Notes: generated by a model from the letters alone, not told the origin. A DNA stretch of 31,646 bases from a virus (IMGVR_UViG_3300033512_000117:1-31646), one strand, 5' to 3'. Counted from the stretch's first letter, positions 8,607-18,417 are shown. A program made the numbers and translations.

Positions 8607-10547
8607 ATGGAACGAGTTAAAATTAAAATAGAAACAGGTGTTAATTATATAGGTGGTTCAATAGCATTTAAAAATGGATTACCAAAGAATTGTATATTTG
8701 ATAAAGGTAAAGTTGGTTGTGGTGGTACAACAGTAGCAATAAATAGTGGTTCTAATTATGTAATAGCTGTTCCATTTATAGCACTTATAGAGAATAAGGT
8801 TAAGCAACACGACAATATAATAGCTTTTTATGGTGGTATAACAATACCTTCATTAAAGAAATCAATAAGTGAAACTATAACAAATGGTAAAGCTGTAATA
8901 ATAATGGTTACTTATGATAGTTTAGGAAAAGTTACAGATGCAATTGATGAAGTTATTACAAATGGTGCAAGTAAGTTTAAATTATTAGTTGATGAATACC
9001 ATATATTATTTACTCAATATTGTTTCCGAAGTGAAGCTGTTAATATAGTATTAGAAAACTATAAAAGATATTTAGAGTTTTGTTTTATGACTGCAACAGT
9101 ATTAGAAGATACATTTGTATTAAATGCTTTAAAAGATGTACCAATAGTAGAAGCTATTTGGTCTAATACTGTAAATGTATTAATTAATTCTTATAAATAT
9201 ATTGGTGATGTTGTAAATGGTATTTCTGATTTAGTAATTAATACATTAAATAATAATAGCAAAAGTAATATTTACATATTCATAAATAGTGTTTCAATAA
9301 TAAAAAGTATAATAGAATTAGTTAATATAGGTACAGAAGAAGATGATTTACCATTTATAAATAGAACAAATACTAATCTAATTTATAGTAAGAATAATAA
9401 AACTGAATTAACTATTGATAGAGGTGAATTACCAACAGTACGTAAAGGAGAAGTAGGCTATATTGAACCAAAGAAGATTAATTTAATAACTTCTACAATG
9501 TTTGAAGGTGGTGATATATATGATGAAAATGGTATTATATATATTGTTTCAGATGCAAGTAAGTTACATACATTAATAGATATTAGTACAAGTTTCCAAC
9601 AAATAGCAGGTAGAATACGTAATTCAAAGTATTTAGGAATTGTTAATCACGTTTACTCTAATACAAGATATACTAATATCCAAACTTACGAGGAGTTTAA
9701 AACTCAAAGTGAATTAGATAAAGCTGATTGTATAGAATTTATAAATGATTATAACAAACTTAATGAAAAAACTAAAAGAGCATTTACAGGTGTTAATTTA
9801 GTATATGTTGATAAAAATGTTAATAGTGGTTTCTTTGAATTTAATAGTGATAGGATAACATTAGACTTATATAATTTTAATATAACAAAACATTTATATC
9901 AATTAAGAGTTAATGTTAATACAGGTGAATTTTATAAGAAAGATGTACTTAGCGAGAATTTAATAAAAGAATACTACAAGAATGGTATGGCAGTTAGTAA
10001 ATATGATGTATTTACATTTAAATATACTACTTCTGAAAAAGATATTGTAGAAAAGTTTGAAGATTGTGTTAAAGAATTACGAGATAAAAATAATAGTGTT
10101 AATAAAGAAGTTGAAATATTATCAGTATGTTTTTCATTATCATCATTTGATACAGAAGAAGAAGCTCGTATAAATGCAATTCATAAGAAATATCCTTTTT
10201 TAAAAGAAGCTATTGATGTATTAGGTTTTGAAGGTATTGAAGATATGAAATACATTATAACAAATATAAAAAGGAAGTTGATAATAAACAATAGTGATTT
10301 AAATATTGATAATAAAGTATTCAAATTATTAAATAGTTATAGTAAAGAAAAGTTAGTAGGTTCAGTTGTTAAATTAGATGAGTTAAAGGAATTATTTAAA
10401 AAGGTTTATAAGGATTTAAGTTTAAATATTTCAGCAAAAGCATCTGATATAATAAAGTATTATAGTGCAAGTTTAAGTAATACTACAATAGGTGGTAAAT
10501 CAGTTAAAGTTTATAGAATAAGTAATGCTAAAATTATAATAGGTTAA
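8607..10547 (+). CDS. SF2 (DExH) helicase-like replication/origin-binding protein
   Basis: Motif I variant GKVGCGGTT, Ia IAVPFIALI, II LVDEYH, III MTAT, V TSTMFEGGD and VI QIAGRIR, plus a long C-terminal extension. Confidence 0.8.
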   Translation: MERVKIKIETGVNYIGGSIAFKNGLPKNCIFDKGKVGCGGTTVAINSGSNYVIAVPFIALIENKVKQHDNIIAFYGGITIPSLKKSISETITNGKAVIIMVTYDSLGKVTDAIDEVITNGASKFKLLVDEYHILFTQYCFRSEAVNIVLENYKRYLEFCFMTATVLEDTFVLNALKDVPIVEAIWSNTVNVLINSYKYIGDVVNGISDLVINTLNNNSKSNIYIFINSVSIIKSIIELVNIGTEEDDLPFINRTNTNLIYSKNNKTELTIDRGELPTVRKGEVGYIEPKKINLITSTMFEGGDIYDENGIIYIVSDASKLHTLIDISTSFQQIAGRIRNSKYLGIVNHVYSNTRYTNIQTYEEFKTQSELDKADCIEFINDYNKLNEKTKRAFTGVNLVYVDKNVNSGFFEFNSDRITLDLYNFNITKHLYQLRVNVNTGEFYKKDVLSENLIKEYYKNGMAVSKYDVFTFKYTTSEKDIVEKFEDCVKELRDKNNSVNKEVEILSVCFSLSSFDTEEEARINAIHKKYPFLKEAIDVLGFEGIEDMKYIITNIKRKLIINNSDLNIDNKVFKLLNSYSKEKLVGSVVKLDELKELFKKVYKDLSLNISAKASDIIKYYSASLSNTTIGGKSVKVYRISNAKIIIG

Positions 10548-10570
10548 GGATTAATTTAAATAATGTTGTT

Positions 10571-11020
10571 ATGGAAAGGTATAAAGAAGTTGAATTAGAA
10601 GTTTGCAAAAGAGTGTTTGGAGAAGAAGGTGTACTTGGTTTAATAGAAGATGAAACTTCAAGAGCAGATGCTATTGTTAATAGTTCTGATGGTAAAACAT
10701 ATGTTGTTGAGATAAAAGAACGTGCATTTCCACATACAGCATTTAAGAATGAAGGTTGGATATTAGAGTTAGGTAAGTTAGAAGGATTACTTGATATTAG
10801 TGAGAGTTTAAATAAACCTAATATAGTTTTATATATTAATAAATTTACTGATAATAAACTTGCTATTTGGAGAGTTGATAATTTAAAGATTAAAGAGGAT
10901 AATATATTTTGTTCAGATATGAATAAAGTAAGTAATAGTAAGTTTAATGGTTATGGTAGGAAGATTAATAAGTGTTGTGTTCATTTGTTAGTTAAGAATG
11001 CAATAGTTGCTGATTGTTAA
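10571..11020 (+). CDS. PD-(D/E)XK family nuclease-like protein
   Basis: E...RADAIV...YVVEIKER catalytic pattern. Confidence 0.65.
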   Translation: MERYKEVELEVCKRVFGEEGVLGLIEDETSRADAIVNSSDGKTYVVEIKERAFPHTAFKNEGWILELGKLEGLLDISESLNKPNIVLYINKFTDNKLAIWRVDNLKIKEDNIFCSDMNKVSNSKFNGYGRKINKCCVHLLVKNAIVADC

Positions 11021-11075
11021 AGTAAGTGTTTAAGGGTTTAAGAAATAAGAATATGAAAAAAAGAATATATAAGTT

Positions 11076-11642
11076 ATGAAATATAATGGAAAACGTAAAG
11101 TAGATTTAGATGTTTTGAAAGCAAGAATAGTAGTAAGATATAAAAGATATTTAGCCGATAGAAGTGAGAGGAATTTAATACCGTTATTTAAAGATGTAAA
11201 AGAAAATATGACTGCAATATTACATTCAATGCGTGTATTTAATGAAGATGTGATAGATACATTAACGGCAGATGGTCTTTGGAGGTTCTTTAGAGAAAGC
11301 CCTGAAATTGATGGTAATATAAACAATTTGATATTTCAGATAATAAAGAATTTGTATTTTACATATAATTCAAATAGAGATAAACGTAAAAGGAATATAT
11401 CAAGTGAAAGTGCTTTACAGATGGTAAGTTTATTTAAGAAAAGTGGTAAGTATATTGATTACGAAGGAATAGTTGATGAATTGATTGAACGTAATATTAA
11501 AAAGTATCCGTTAATAGATGTATTTTTAAAAGAGGATATGCCGATTACAGAGATGATGAAGACTTATGAAGTTACACATCAATCATTAACCAAGATGTAT
11601 AATAAGATAAAGAAAGATTGTAGTGAAATTGATTTTAGTTAA
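11076..11642 (+). CDS. Sigma-70/ECF-like transcription factor
   Basis: Region-2-like DTLTADGLWRFF...LIFQIIKNLYFTY..RDKRKR and a C-terminal region-4-like HTH (EDMPITEMMKTYEVTHQSLTKMYNKIKK); 188 aa. Confidence 0.5.
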   Translation: MKYNGKRKVDLDVLKARIVVRYKRYLADRSERNLIPLFKDVKENMTAILHSMRVFNEDVIDTLTADGLWRFFRESPEIDGNINNLIFQIIKNLYFTYNSNRDKRKRNISSESALQMVSLFKKSGKYIDYEGIVDELIERNIKKYPLIDVFLKEDMPITEMMKTYEVTHQSLTKMYNKIKKDCSEIDFS

Positions 11643-11655
11643 GTTAGGAGGTTTT

Positions 11656-11937
11656 ATGAAAAGAGGTGGTATGAATTTACAGAAGATGTATTTGGTATTT
11701 GTATTCTGTATGTTAATTATGTATTTAGGGATTGGTTTAGCTGTATTTATTACAGGAGGGTGTTCTGAAGTAGTTAATCAATTAGTTATTGCATTAACCA
11801 AGTTTATAATATTGATTATATTGTTTATGTTAGTTGTATTTGGTAGTACTACTGTAAGGTTATTTAAAGGTAGTATTGGTAAAGTTGTTAATTTTGTTAA
11901 AGGTTTGTTTAAAGGTAATAATAATAATAGTAAATAA
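11656..11937 (+). CDS. Two-TM membrane protein (start probably 11656 rather than 11623)
   Basis: AGGAGG at 11646-11651 precedes ATG 11656; two long hydrophobic segments and a basic tail. Confidence 0.65.
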   Translation: MKRGGMNLQKMYLVFVFCMLIMYLGIGLAVFITGGCSEVVNQLVIALTKFIILIILFMLVVFGSTTVRLFKGSIGKVVNFVKGLFKGNNNNSK

Positions 11938-11945
11938 AAAGAGTT

Positions 11946-12197
11946 ATGAAAAAGAGAAATTATTTTGATTTGATGTTAGGTGTTATGTTTGCAATAAGTG
12001 TATTGGCAGTTATAGTTGGTGTTGTTGCAAGTGATTTTAAGACGGTAAGAAGTGTTGGTGTAGAGATAGGTGGGCAAGTGTTTATTTTAAGTTTGATAGG
12101 AGGATTTGTTGTAGGGATTGTGGTTATTTATGATTTGTTTATTAATTGTTGTAGTAGAATAAGAAGTTGGTTTAGAAGAAGAAGTGGAGGTGAATAA
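11946..12197 (+). CDS. Two-TM membrane protein
   Basis: 83 aa with two hydrophobic helices and an Arg-rich C-terminus. Confidence 0.65.
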   Translation: MKKRNYFDLMLGVMFAISVLAVIVGVVASDFKTVRSVGVEIGGQVFILSLIGGFVVGIVVIYDLFINCCSRIRSWFRRRSGGE

Positions 12198-12386
12198 TAG
12201 GCGGTGAGTGAGGTTTAAAAAATGAATGATTATTGGAATTGATTGAATTTAGGTTTGATTAGTTACAATAATCATTTTTTTTTGTAATGTATTTTGATTG
12301 TGGTATGTATATTATTTTTTTATTAATGTAGTGTGTGTGCGAAAATATAAATGTGAAATTAAGTATTTTAAGAGTGTTTTTAGTAG

Positions 12387-12605
12387 TCCCCTGTAATAAT
12401 ATGGAAATCAATAAGTTGTTATATTTAAGTCAAATTTGACACAATTTTGATGTATAAAGTATTGATAATTAGTTAGTTATAGCCCTCTAAGATAGTATCT
12501 TAGTAGCTTGTAATTTATTGATTTATAAGTAGTTATGAGTGAAATTTGTGTCAAATTTGAATATTATAATGTAAGTATTTGAGTTCTATTATCTTACAGG
12601 GGAAC
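12387..12605. repeat. CCCCTGTA hairpin cassette 3, upstream of terS (candidate packaging/late-control site)
   Basis: Cores at 12388-12395 and 12595-12602. Perfect inner IR tcaaatttgacacaa 12430-12444/12546-12560, apical ctaagat-agt-atcttag 12487-12503, and three IHF-consensus matches. Confidence 0.88.
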
Positions 12606-12650
12606 ATTAAAAATTACTTTAAAAGATAAACAACTAATTTAAATGATAGT

Positions 12651-12662
12651 TAGTATATAGTA
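12651..12662 (+). promoter_or_regulatory. Promoter-like motif TAGTATATAGTA upstream of the head operon
   Basis: Identical to 4174 and 22552. Confidence 0.5.
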
Positions 12663-12821
12663 TATATTAATAAAAAAGTAGTAATTAATTAAGTAATAAC
12701 AATAAAGTATATAATCATCTTAATTTAGAAATTGAATAGTTGCAGCAAATATAGAATTATTAATAGAAGAAGATGATAATGAAATTGAATTATAGGTTTA
12801 ACAATTATAAAATAACAACAA

Positions 12822-13250
12822 ATGGCATCAAAGTTAATTAGTTTTGAAGAAAAAGAAGCAATCCTAAAAAGTGTAATAGTAGATATTACTATGGGTTTAT
12901 CTGATATAAAAAGTATATGTAAGAAAAACGGAATACATCACCAAAGTTTATATGAGTGGTTTAAGATGTCTGAATTTAAACATTACCGAGAGATATATAA
13001 TACTGCTAAATGGGAAGCTGATGAAAGACAATTATTAGAATTAACAAGTTTAGCTAAAGTAAAGTTAATTGATAAAATAGAAGAAGGTAATATATTAGCT
13101 ATTAAAATAGCATTAGAAATGCCCGCTTCAAAAAGAGAAGTTAAACTCAATATCATAAATAAACTTTCTGATAGATTAGATGAATTACAATTAGAAAAAG
13201 GAGATTATCTAAACATAATTAAAGTACTTAAAGAAATAGAACGAGATTAA
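12822..13250 (+). CDS. terS: Terminase small subunit
   Basis: HTH (IKSICKKNGIHHQSLYEW); its stop overlaps the terL start. Confidence 0.75.
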   Translation: MASKLISFEEKEAILKSVIVDITMGLSDIKSICKKNGIHHQSLYEWFKMSEFKHYREIYNTAKWEADERQLLELTSLAKVKLIDKIEEGNILAIKIALEMPASKREVKLNIINKLSDRLDELQLEKGDYLNIIKVLKEIERD

Positions 13251-14764
13251 TGGCAAAGAAAAAGGTAATAAGTGATTGGTGGAGTAAAGATAGAGAAGAC
13301 TATTATAATAACTTAACTAATAGATTAACAGGAAATAGGTATTGTAATAATGATGGTAGAGATGAAAGAGTTGAAAAAGCATTAGCTAACTTTCAAGTAT
13401 TTGTTGATACTTACTTTAAACATTATACAGTAAAAGAAGATGGTACTATTACTAAGTTAGGTAAATTCCATTTAGATTTAATAAAAGAATTAGATGCAGA
13501 TAAATGTGAAATATTAGCAGAGTTTCCAAGAGGACACGCAAAGACAACTGTGTTTAGTTTATTTGCACCAATCTATTATCTTTTAAAAGGTGGAGTTCAT
13601 TTAGTAGTACTAATATCAGATACAAAAGATAGTGCAGTAAGGCAGTTGATAAACCTACAAGCAGAATTAGAAACAAATCAACAACTAATTGCAGATTTTA
13701 GTGAATTTAGAAAAGATGGTAGTTGGTCAAGAGGTGAATTTACAGTTGCTAATTATAATTGTAAATTTACTTGTGCAGGAAAAGGTCAATCAATTAGAGG
13801 TTTAAAGAATGGTAGATATAGACCTGATTTTGTTATAGTAGATGATATTGATACAGATAAACATAGCCGAAATAAAGAATTAGTTAAAAGTCATTATGAT
13901 TGGTTGATGCAGAATGTATTTAATGCAATGGAGATAACAAAGTATAAGTTCTTATTTGTAGGTAATAGGTTTGCTCATAATATGGTTTTAGATTTATTCA
14001 GTAAGGTTGAAGGAATTAGACATATAAGGATAAATGCTTTAGATGTTAATGGAGAACCTGTTTGGAATGATAGATTTACAAAAGAAGATTTATTAAGAGT
14101 TGAACAAAAGATTGGTAAGATAAGGTTTTTAAGAGAATATATGAATACTCCTATAATGGAAGGTTCAGTATTTAAAGAAGAATGGTTACAATTAACAAAT
14201 GTAAGAGGATTAAATGAATATGATTATATAGTATCTTATTTAGACCCAAGTTGGAAAAAGAATAGTGATTTTAAATCAGTAGTTACAATAGGTTTTATAA
14301 ATAAGGATTATCATATAATAGATATATATTTAAGAAAACAAACAATGCGTAATGTAATAGAATATCTATATGAATTGAATGACAGATTACTTAGGTCAGC
14401 ATATAGTATTTACTTTGAAGCTAATTTTATGCAAGATTTACATCAATTAGAATTTGATAAGATAGCAGAAGAAAAAGGTTTTAATTTACCAATAAGACAA
14501 GATAAAGATAAGAAACCTGATAAAGAAGCAAGAATTGAAAGTATGAGTGCAGTATTTGAGAATTTGAATATATATATTAATAAATTGATAGTATATTCAT
14601 TAGATTATACAGAATTTAAGTTACAATATTTGTCGTTTCCTGCTTTAAAAAATGATGATGGTTTAGATGCAATGCAATCTGCATATAGTAAATTAAATGA
14701 ACATATAAGAAGAAGTAAGTTTGCACCAATGATTGGAGAAGATACTTGTTCACAGTCGTATTAA
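13250..14764 (+). CDS. terL: Terminase large subunit
   Basis: Walker A PRGHAKTT, IRG...RPDFVIVDD Walker B, nuclease motifs YLDPS and DDGLDA. Confidence 0.95.
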   Translation: MAKKKVISDWWSKDREDYYNNLTNRLTGNRYCNNDGRDERVEKALANFQVFVDTYFKHYTVKEDGTITKLGKFHLDLIKELDADKCEILAEFPRGHAKTTVFSLFAPIYYLLKGGVHLVVLISDTKDSAVRQLINLQAELETNQQLIADFSEFRKDGSWSRGEFTVANYNCKFTCAGKGQSIRGLKNGRYRPDFVIVDDIDTDKHSRNKELVKSHYDWLMQNVFNAMEITKYKFLFVGNRFAHNMVLDLFSKVEGIRHIRINALDVNGEPVWNDRFTKEDLLRVEQKIGKIRFLREYMNTPIMEGSVFKEEWLQLTNVRGLNEYDYIVSYLDPSWKKNSDFKSVVTIGFINKDYHIIDIYLRKQTMRNVIEYLYELNDRLLRSAYSIYFEANFMQDLHQLEFDKIAEEKGFNLPIRQDKDKKPDKEARIESMSAVFENLNIYINKLIVYSLDYTEFKLQYLSFPALKNDDGLDAMQSAYSKLNEHIRRSKFAPMIGEDTCSQSY

Positions 14765-14785
14765 TTACAATTAAAATTTAAGATT

Positions 14786-15208
14786 ATGAAATTTGTTTTA
14801 AAAGATGAGGTTTTAGCATTAATAAAGATTAATGTGCTTGATGATTTAACGGAAGATAATGATATATTACTAAATAAAGTAGAACTTATTGCAATATCAG
14901 AAATAGATAGTTATATAGGTTCAAAATATAATTTAGATGCAGTATTTAATAGAGTTGGTGATGATAGGAATATGTTTTTAATAAATTTGGTTGTAGATAT
15001 AATGCTTTATCATTTACACTCTCGTCTAACACCTAACTTTATACCTGAAATAAGAGTAACAAGATATGATAAAGCTATTAGTTATTTATATGAGGTTAGT
15101 AAAGGTAAGATAGCACCTAATATACCTTTGAATGTGTTACCTATTAATAGTAGAAGTAGTGAAAGTTTATATGGTAGTGAAACTAAAGTTAATGATGTTC
15201 AATATTAA
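14786..15208 (+). CDS. Mu gp36-like (DUF1320) head-tail connector
   Basis: AISEIDSYI...DIMLYHL...RYDKAISYLYEVSKGK; lies between terL and the portal. Confidence 0.8.
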   Translation: MKFVLKDEVLALIKINVLDDLTEDNDILLNKVELIAISEIDSYIGSKYNLDAVFNRVGDDRNMFLINLVVDIMLYHLHSRLTPNFIPEIRVTRYDKAISYLYEVSKGKIAPNIPLNVLPINSRSSESLYGSETKVNDVQY

Positions 15209-15219
15209 AATTAAGTATT

Positions 15220-16353
15220 ATGAGTTTATTTAGTAATAAAGTAAGAGAAGGAAATAAAGTTTCAAGTAAGATAATAGAACAAAATAATTATAGGATACGA
15301 GAAACAATTGGAACTTGGAGAGAAGCATTGACATTAGCAGAATTAGTAGCTAAAGGATATAATGCTGATAGAAAACCATTATTAAGATTGTATAAAGATG
15401 TTATGTTAGATAATCATTTGCAATCTGTAATTGAGTTAAAGAAAGATAAGATAATGGAATATCCATTTAATATTACGGTTAATGGAGTTGTGAATGAAGA
15501 ATTAACAAAAGTAATAAGTACAGAATGGTTCAATAAAGTTATTGGTTTTGCAATTGATAGTATGATGTATGGACATTCATTAATTCAAATTGATAACTAT
15601 GTAGATGGTAATATTACAGATGTTACTTTGGTGAATAGATTAAATGTTATGCCTGAAAAACAATTGGTATTACTTGATACAAATGGAACTGAAACTTTAG
15701 ATTATACAAAAGAAATTTATTACAAATGGTTGTTTGAAATAACTCAAGCTAAAAATGATTTAGGTTTATTGAAATCAGTAGTTCCTTTGATATTATGGAA
15801 GAAGTCAGCAATAAGTGCTTGGGCAGAATATAGTGAAGTATTTGGTATGCCAATAAGAATAGCTAAAACAAGTTCTAATGTAAGAGAAGACAGAGAGAGA
15901 TTGTTTAATTTTGTAAGGAATTTAGGTAAATCTGCTTATGCTGTAATTGATAGTAATGAAACTATTGATTTCATTGAGAATAAGAAGTCAGATGCTTTTA
16001 ATGTATATGATAAACTTATAGATGTTGTAAATAAAGAAGTATCTAAATTAATATTAGGTGTTACAATGTTGAATGAAAGTGGTTCAAGTAGAAGTCAATC
16101 AGAAACACACGCAGAACAATCCGAAATAAAGACAAATAGTGATTTAAGAAAGGTTGAATTTAGTATAAATAGTCAAGTAATTCCTAAGTTAATTAATATT
16201 GATATGTTACCATTAGGTAGTAAATTTGTATTTGATAAAAGTAAAGTATTAGCACCCGAAGAACAAATAAAAGTTGATATGGAGATACACAAAATGTACC
16301 CACTTGATAAAAGTTATTTGAAAGATAGATATGGAGTTGAATTTGCTAAATAG
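15220..16353 (+). CDS. Portal protein (Mu gp29/DUF935-like)
   Basis: YGHSLIQ...LGLL...WAEYSEVFGMPIRIAK...SKLILGVTM...SQSETH. Confidence 0.88.
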   Translation: MSLFSNKVREGNKVSSKIIEQNNYRIRETIGTWREALTLAELVAKGYNADRKPLLRLYKDVMLDNHLQSVIELKKDKIMEYPFNITVNGVVNEELTKVISTEWFNKVIGFAIDSMMYGHSLIQIDNYVDGNITDVTLVNRLNVMPEKQLVLLDTNGTETLDYTKEIYYKWLFEITQAKNDLGLLKSVVPLILWKKSAISAWAEYSEVFGMPIRIAKTSSNVREDRERLFNFVRNLGKSAYAVIDSNETIDFIENKKSDAFNVYDKLIDVVNKEVSKLILGVTMLNESGSSRSQSETHAEQSEIKTNSDLRKVEFSINSQVIPKLINIDMLPLGSKFVFDKSKVLAPEEQIKVDMEIHKMYPLDKSYLKDRYGVEFAK

Positions 16354-16362
16354 AAAGTTATT

Positions 16363-16728
16363 ATGGGATTTAAAATGGAATACAGTAAACTTAAAAGAGA
16401 GTTAGATAGAATTGACTCAGGTTTTAAGAATTTACCAAAAGAATTAGCAAGAGTGTTATTAGAAAAAGCTAATGATACTTTTGTTAATAATGATTGGGAA
16501 GCTAAAAAAGATGGTTCAAGAGCAACATTAATACAAACAGGTAGATTGAAGAGGGGTATTAAGTCAAGTTATAATACCTCATCAGCAACTATATATAATA
16601 ATGTAAGTTATGCAAGTTATCATCAATTAGGAACTATTAAAATGGTTTCACGTAAATTTATTATAGAAGATAGAGTTATAATAGTTGATGAGATTGAGAA
16701 ATTGGTTAAAGTAATATTTAAAAGATAA
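16363..16728 (+). CDS. Virion morphogenesis protein (Mu gpG-like)
   Basis: LIQTGRLKRGI...NVSYASYHQLGT...RKFI. Confidence 0.8.
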   Translation: MGFKMEYSKLKRELDRIDSGFKNLPKELARVLLEKANDTFVNNDWEAKKDGSRATLIQTGRLKRGIKSSYNTSSATIYNNVSYASYHQLGTIKMVSRKFIIEDRVIIVDEIEKLVKVIFKR

Positions 16729-16740
16729 GGAGGTTAAGTT

Positions 16741-17268
16741 ATGTTTGGATATATATATGAGTTCTTAGTATATATGATAAAGGAGAAGTTTATTGATATT
16801 AAGCATATAGACTTATTCAATAATCAATATGAAAATGCAAAAGAAAGTGATAGTATGCCATATCCGAGTGTATTGATAGATATAATACCTAATGAGGAGT
16901 TTAAACAACATAGTAATAAGATGCAAAGCTGTATTGTTACAGTTGATTTATATTTAGGTAGTGAGTTTTCAAGTAGTTTAAGGGCTAACAATAAGGATTT
17001 GACTAAAGCTATTGATTATTTAAAATTAGTTGATAAGTTATTTATAGGTTTAGAAGGTGTAAGTAATAATGATTTACCTCAAAGTCTTAGGTCAGAAGTT
17101 TATGAAATCGGAACATTACATAGGCAAAAAGTTGAACTATTGAATAATTTTAGTACTTTAAAAGTAAGTAAAACCTCATTTATTTTCAAATTTGCGGACA
17201 TTTCTGCACGTAATCAATATATTATGCAAAATTTAAATAGTATTGATATTTTAACGAAAATTGCATAA
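16741..17268 (+). CDS. Tail terminator / head-tail joining protein (Mu gp37-like)
   Basis: IKHIDLFNNQ...PYPSVLIDI pattern; AAGGAGG ribosome-binding site upstream. Confidence 0.55.
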   Translation: MFGYIYEFLVYMIKEKFIDIKHIDLFNNQYENAKESDSMPYPSVLIDIIPNEEFKQHSNKMQSCIVTVDLYLGSEFSSSLRANNKDLTKAIDYLKLVDKLFIGLEGVSNNDLPQSLRSEVYEIGTLHRQKVELLNNFSTLKVSKTSFIFKFADISARNQYIMQNLNSIDILTKIA

Positions 17269-17331
17269 ATATAAATGGTAAAATTAATAAAATAAACAAG
17301 TAGTAGTATATAATCAAAAACAAGTAATAAT

Positions 17332-18297
17332 ATGAATAAAGTATTTGTTATAAGTACAGAAGTTGTTAATCTTAGGAAGATAAAAGTATTAACAAGTGGA
17401 ATAGATTTAAGTGTATTTAAAGATAATCCTGTAATGTTGTTAGGACACAATACAGAAAAAGTATTAGGTAAATGGGTAAATATAAATAAAGAGCAAAATG
17501 ATGCTTTGGGTTTAATACTTACAGGGGAAACTGAATTTGATAATGACGAACTTTCGCAAGACATAGCAAACAAAGTAAATAAGAATTACATAAAAGGTGT
17601 TTCAATTGGTGGTGATATAATTGAAGCATACGTAACCGAAGAAAATGAAGTTGATGTATTAGTTATAACAAAAATGTTATTAAAAGAAGTATCAATAACA
17701 CCTTTACCTGCAAATATGGAAGCGGTAGTTATAGGTGAAGGAGATGTTAAATTAAGTGCCGATACAAATGATTTAGAATTATCTTATGGCGGAAGTAAAG
17801 ACGTAAATGAAATGTTTAATAAATTTGCTAAAAAAGAAGTAACTAAAATAAAAGAAACGGAATTAACATTAGCAGATGTAGTAAACGAAGTATTTGGAAC
17901 AGTTGAATTGAGTTTAGTTAAATCTAAATTAAATGATTTAATTGATAGTAAAAAGAAAGTGGAATTAGAATTACAAGCGTTACAAAGTAACATATTAACA
18001 AAAGAATTAGATAACATTTTAGAAGTTGCGGTAAAAGAAGGTAAAGTAAAAAGCGAACAAAAAGAAGATTTAATAAAATTATCAAGTTCTAATGTAGATA
18101 ATTTAAAATCTATATTGAGTATGATAAAATCCCCTGTAATAAGATTGACTGATGAAATAAGAAATACAAATAAAGAAGTATCAAACGAAAAGAATTACGA
18201 ATGGTATATGCGAAATGATAGTAAAGGTTTGAAATTGATGAGTACAAATGAACCTTTAAGATTTGAAAAATTGAAAGCCGAATATTTAGCTTCTTAA
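17332..18297 (+). CDS. HK97-type prohead protease with C-terminal scaffold
   Basis: NPVMLLGH...LGKW...GVSIG...EVSITPLPAN followed by a coiled coil. Confidence 0.85.
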   Translation: MNKVFVISTEVVNLRKIKVLTSGIDLSVFKDNPVMLLGHNTEKVLGKWVNINKEQNDALGLILTGETEFDNDELSQDIANKVNKNYIKGVSIGGDIIEAYVTEENEVDVLVITKMLLKEVSITPLPANMEAVVIGEGDVKLSADTNDLELSYGGSKDVNEMFNKFAKKEVTKIKETELTLADVVNEVFGTVELSLVKSKLNDLIDSKKKVELELQALQSNILTKELDNILEVAVKEGKVKSEQKEDLIKLSSSNVDNLKSILSMIKSPVIRLTDEIRNTNKEVSNEKNYEWYMRNDSKGLKLMSTNEPLRFEKLKAEYLAS

Positions 18298-18316
18298 TAT
18301 AAGAAGTAGTTTTGTT

Positions 18317-18365
18317 TAATCAACCTAATCAACCTAATCAACCTAATCAACCTAATCAACCTAAT
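18317..18365 (+). repeat. Perfect 9-bp tandem repeat (taatcaacc) x5.4
   Basis: Read directly between the protease and capsid genes. Confidence 0.95.
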
Positions 18366-18417
18366 TAATTAACAATAGAATTAAATTAAGTAATAACAAT
18401 TAAAAAAGACAAATAAG

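Noticed and set aside
11623-11655. ORF-track start at 11623
   Set aside because: It overlaps the upstream gene; a strong AGGAGG precedes ATG 11656.
11744-11759. tatttattacaggagg as a 16th motif copy
   Set aside because: It matches the reverse arm but breaks the GGGG core; possibly degenerate, so not counted.
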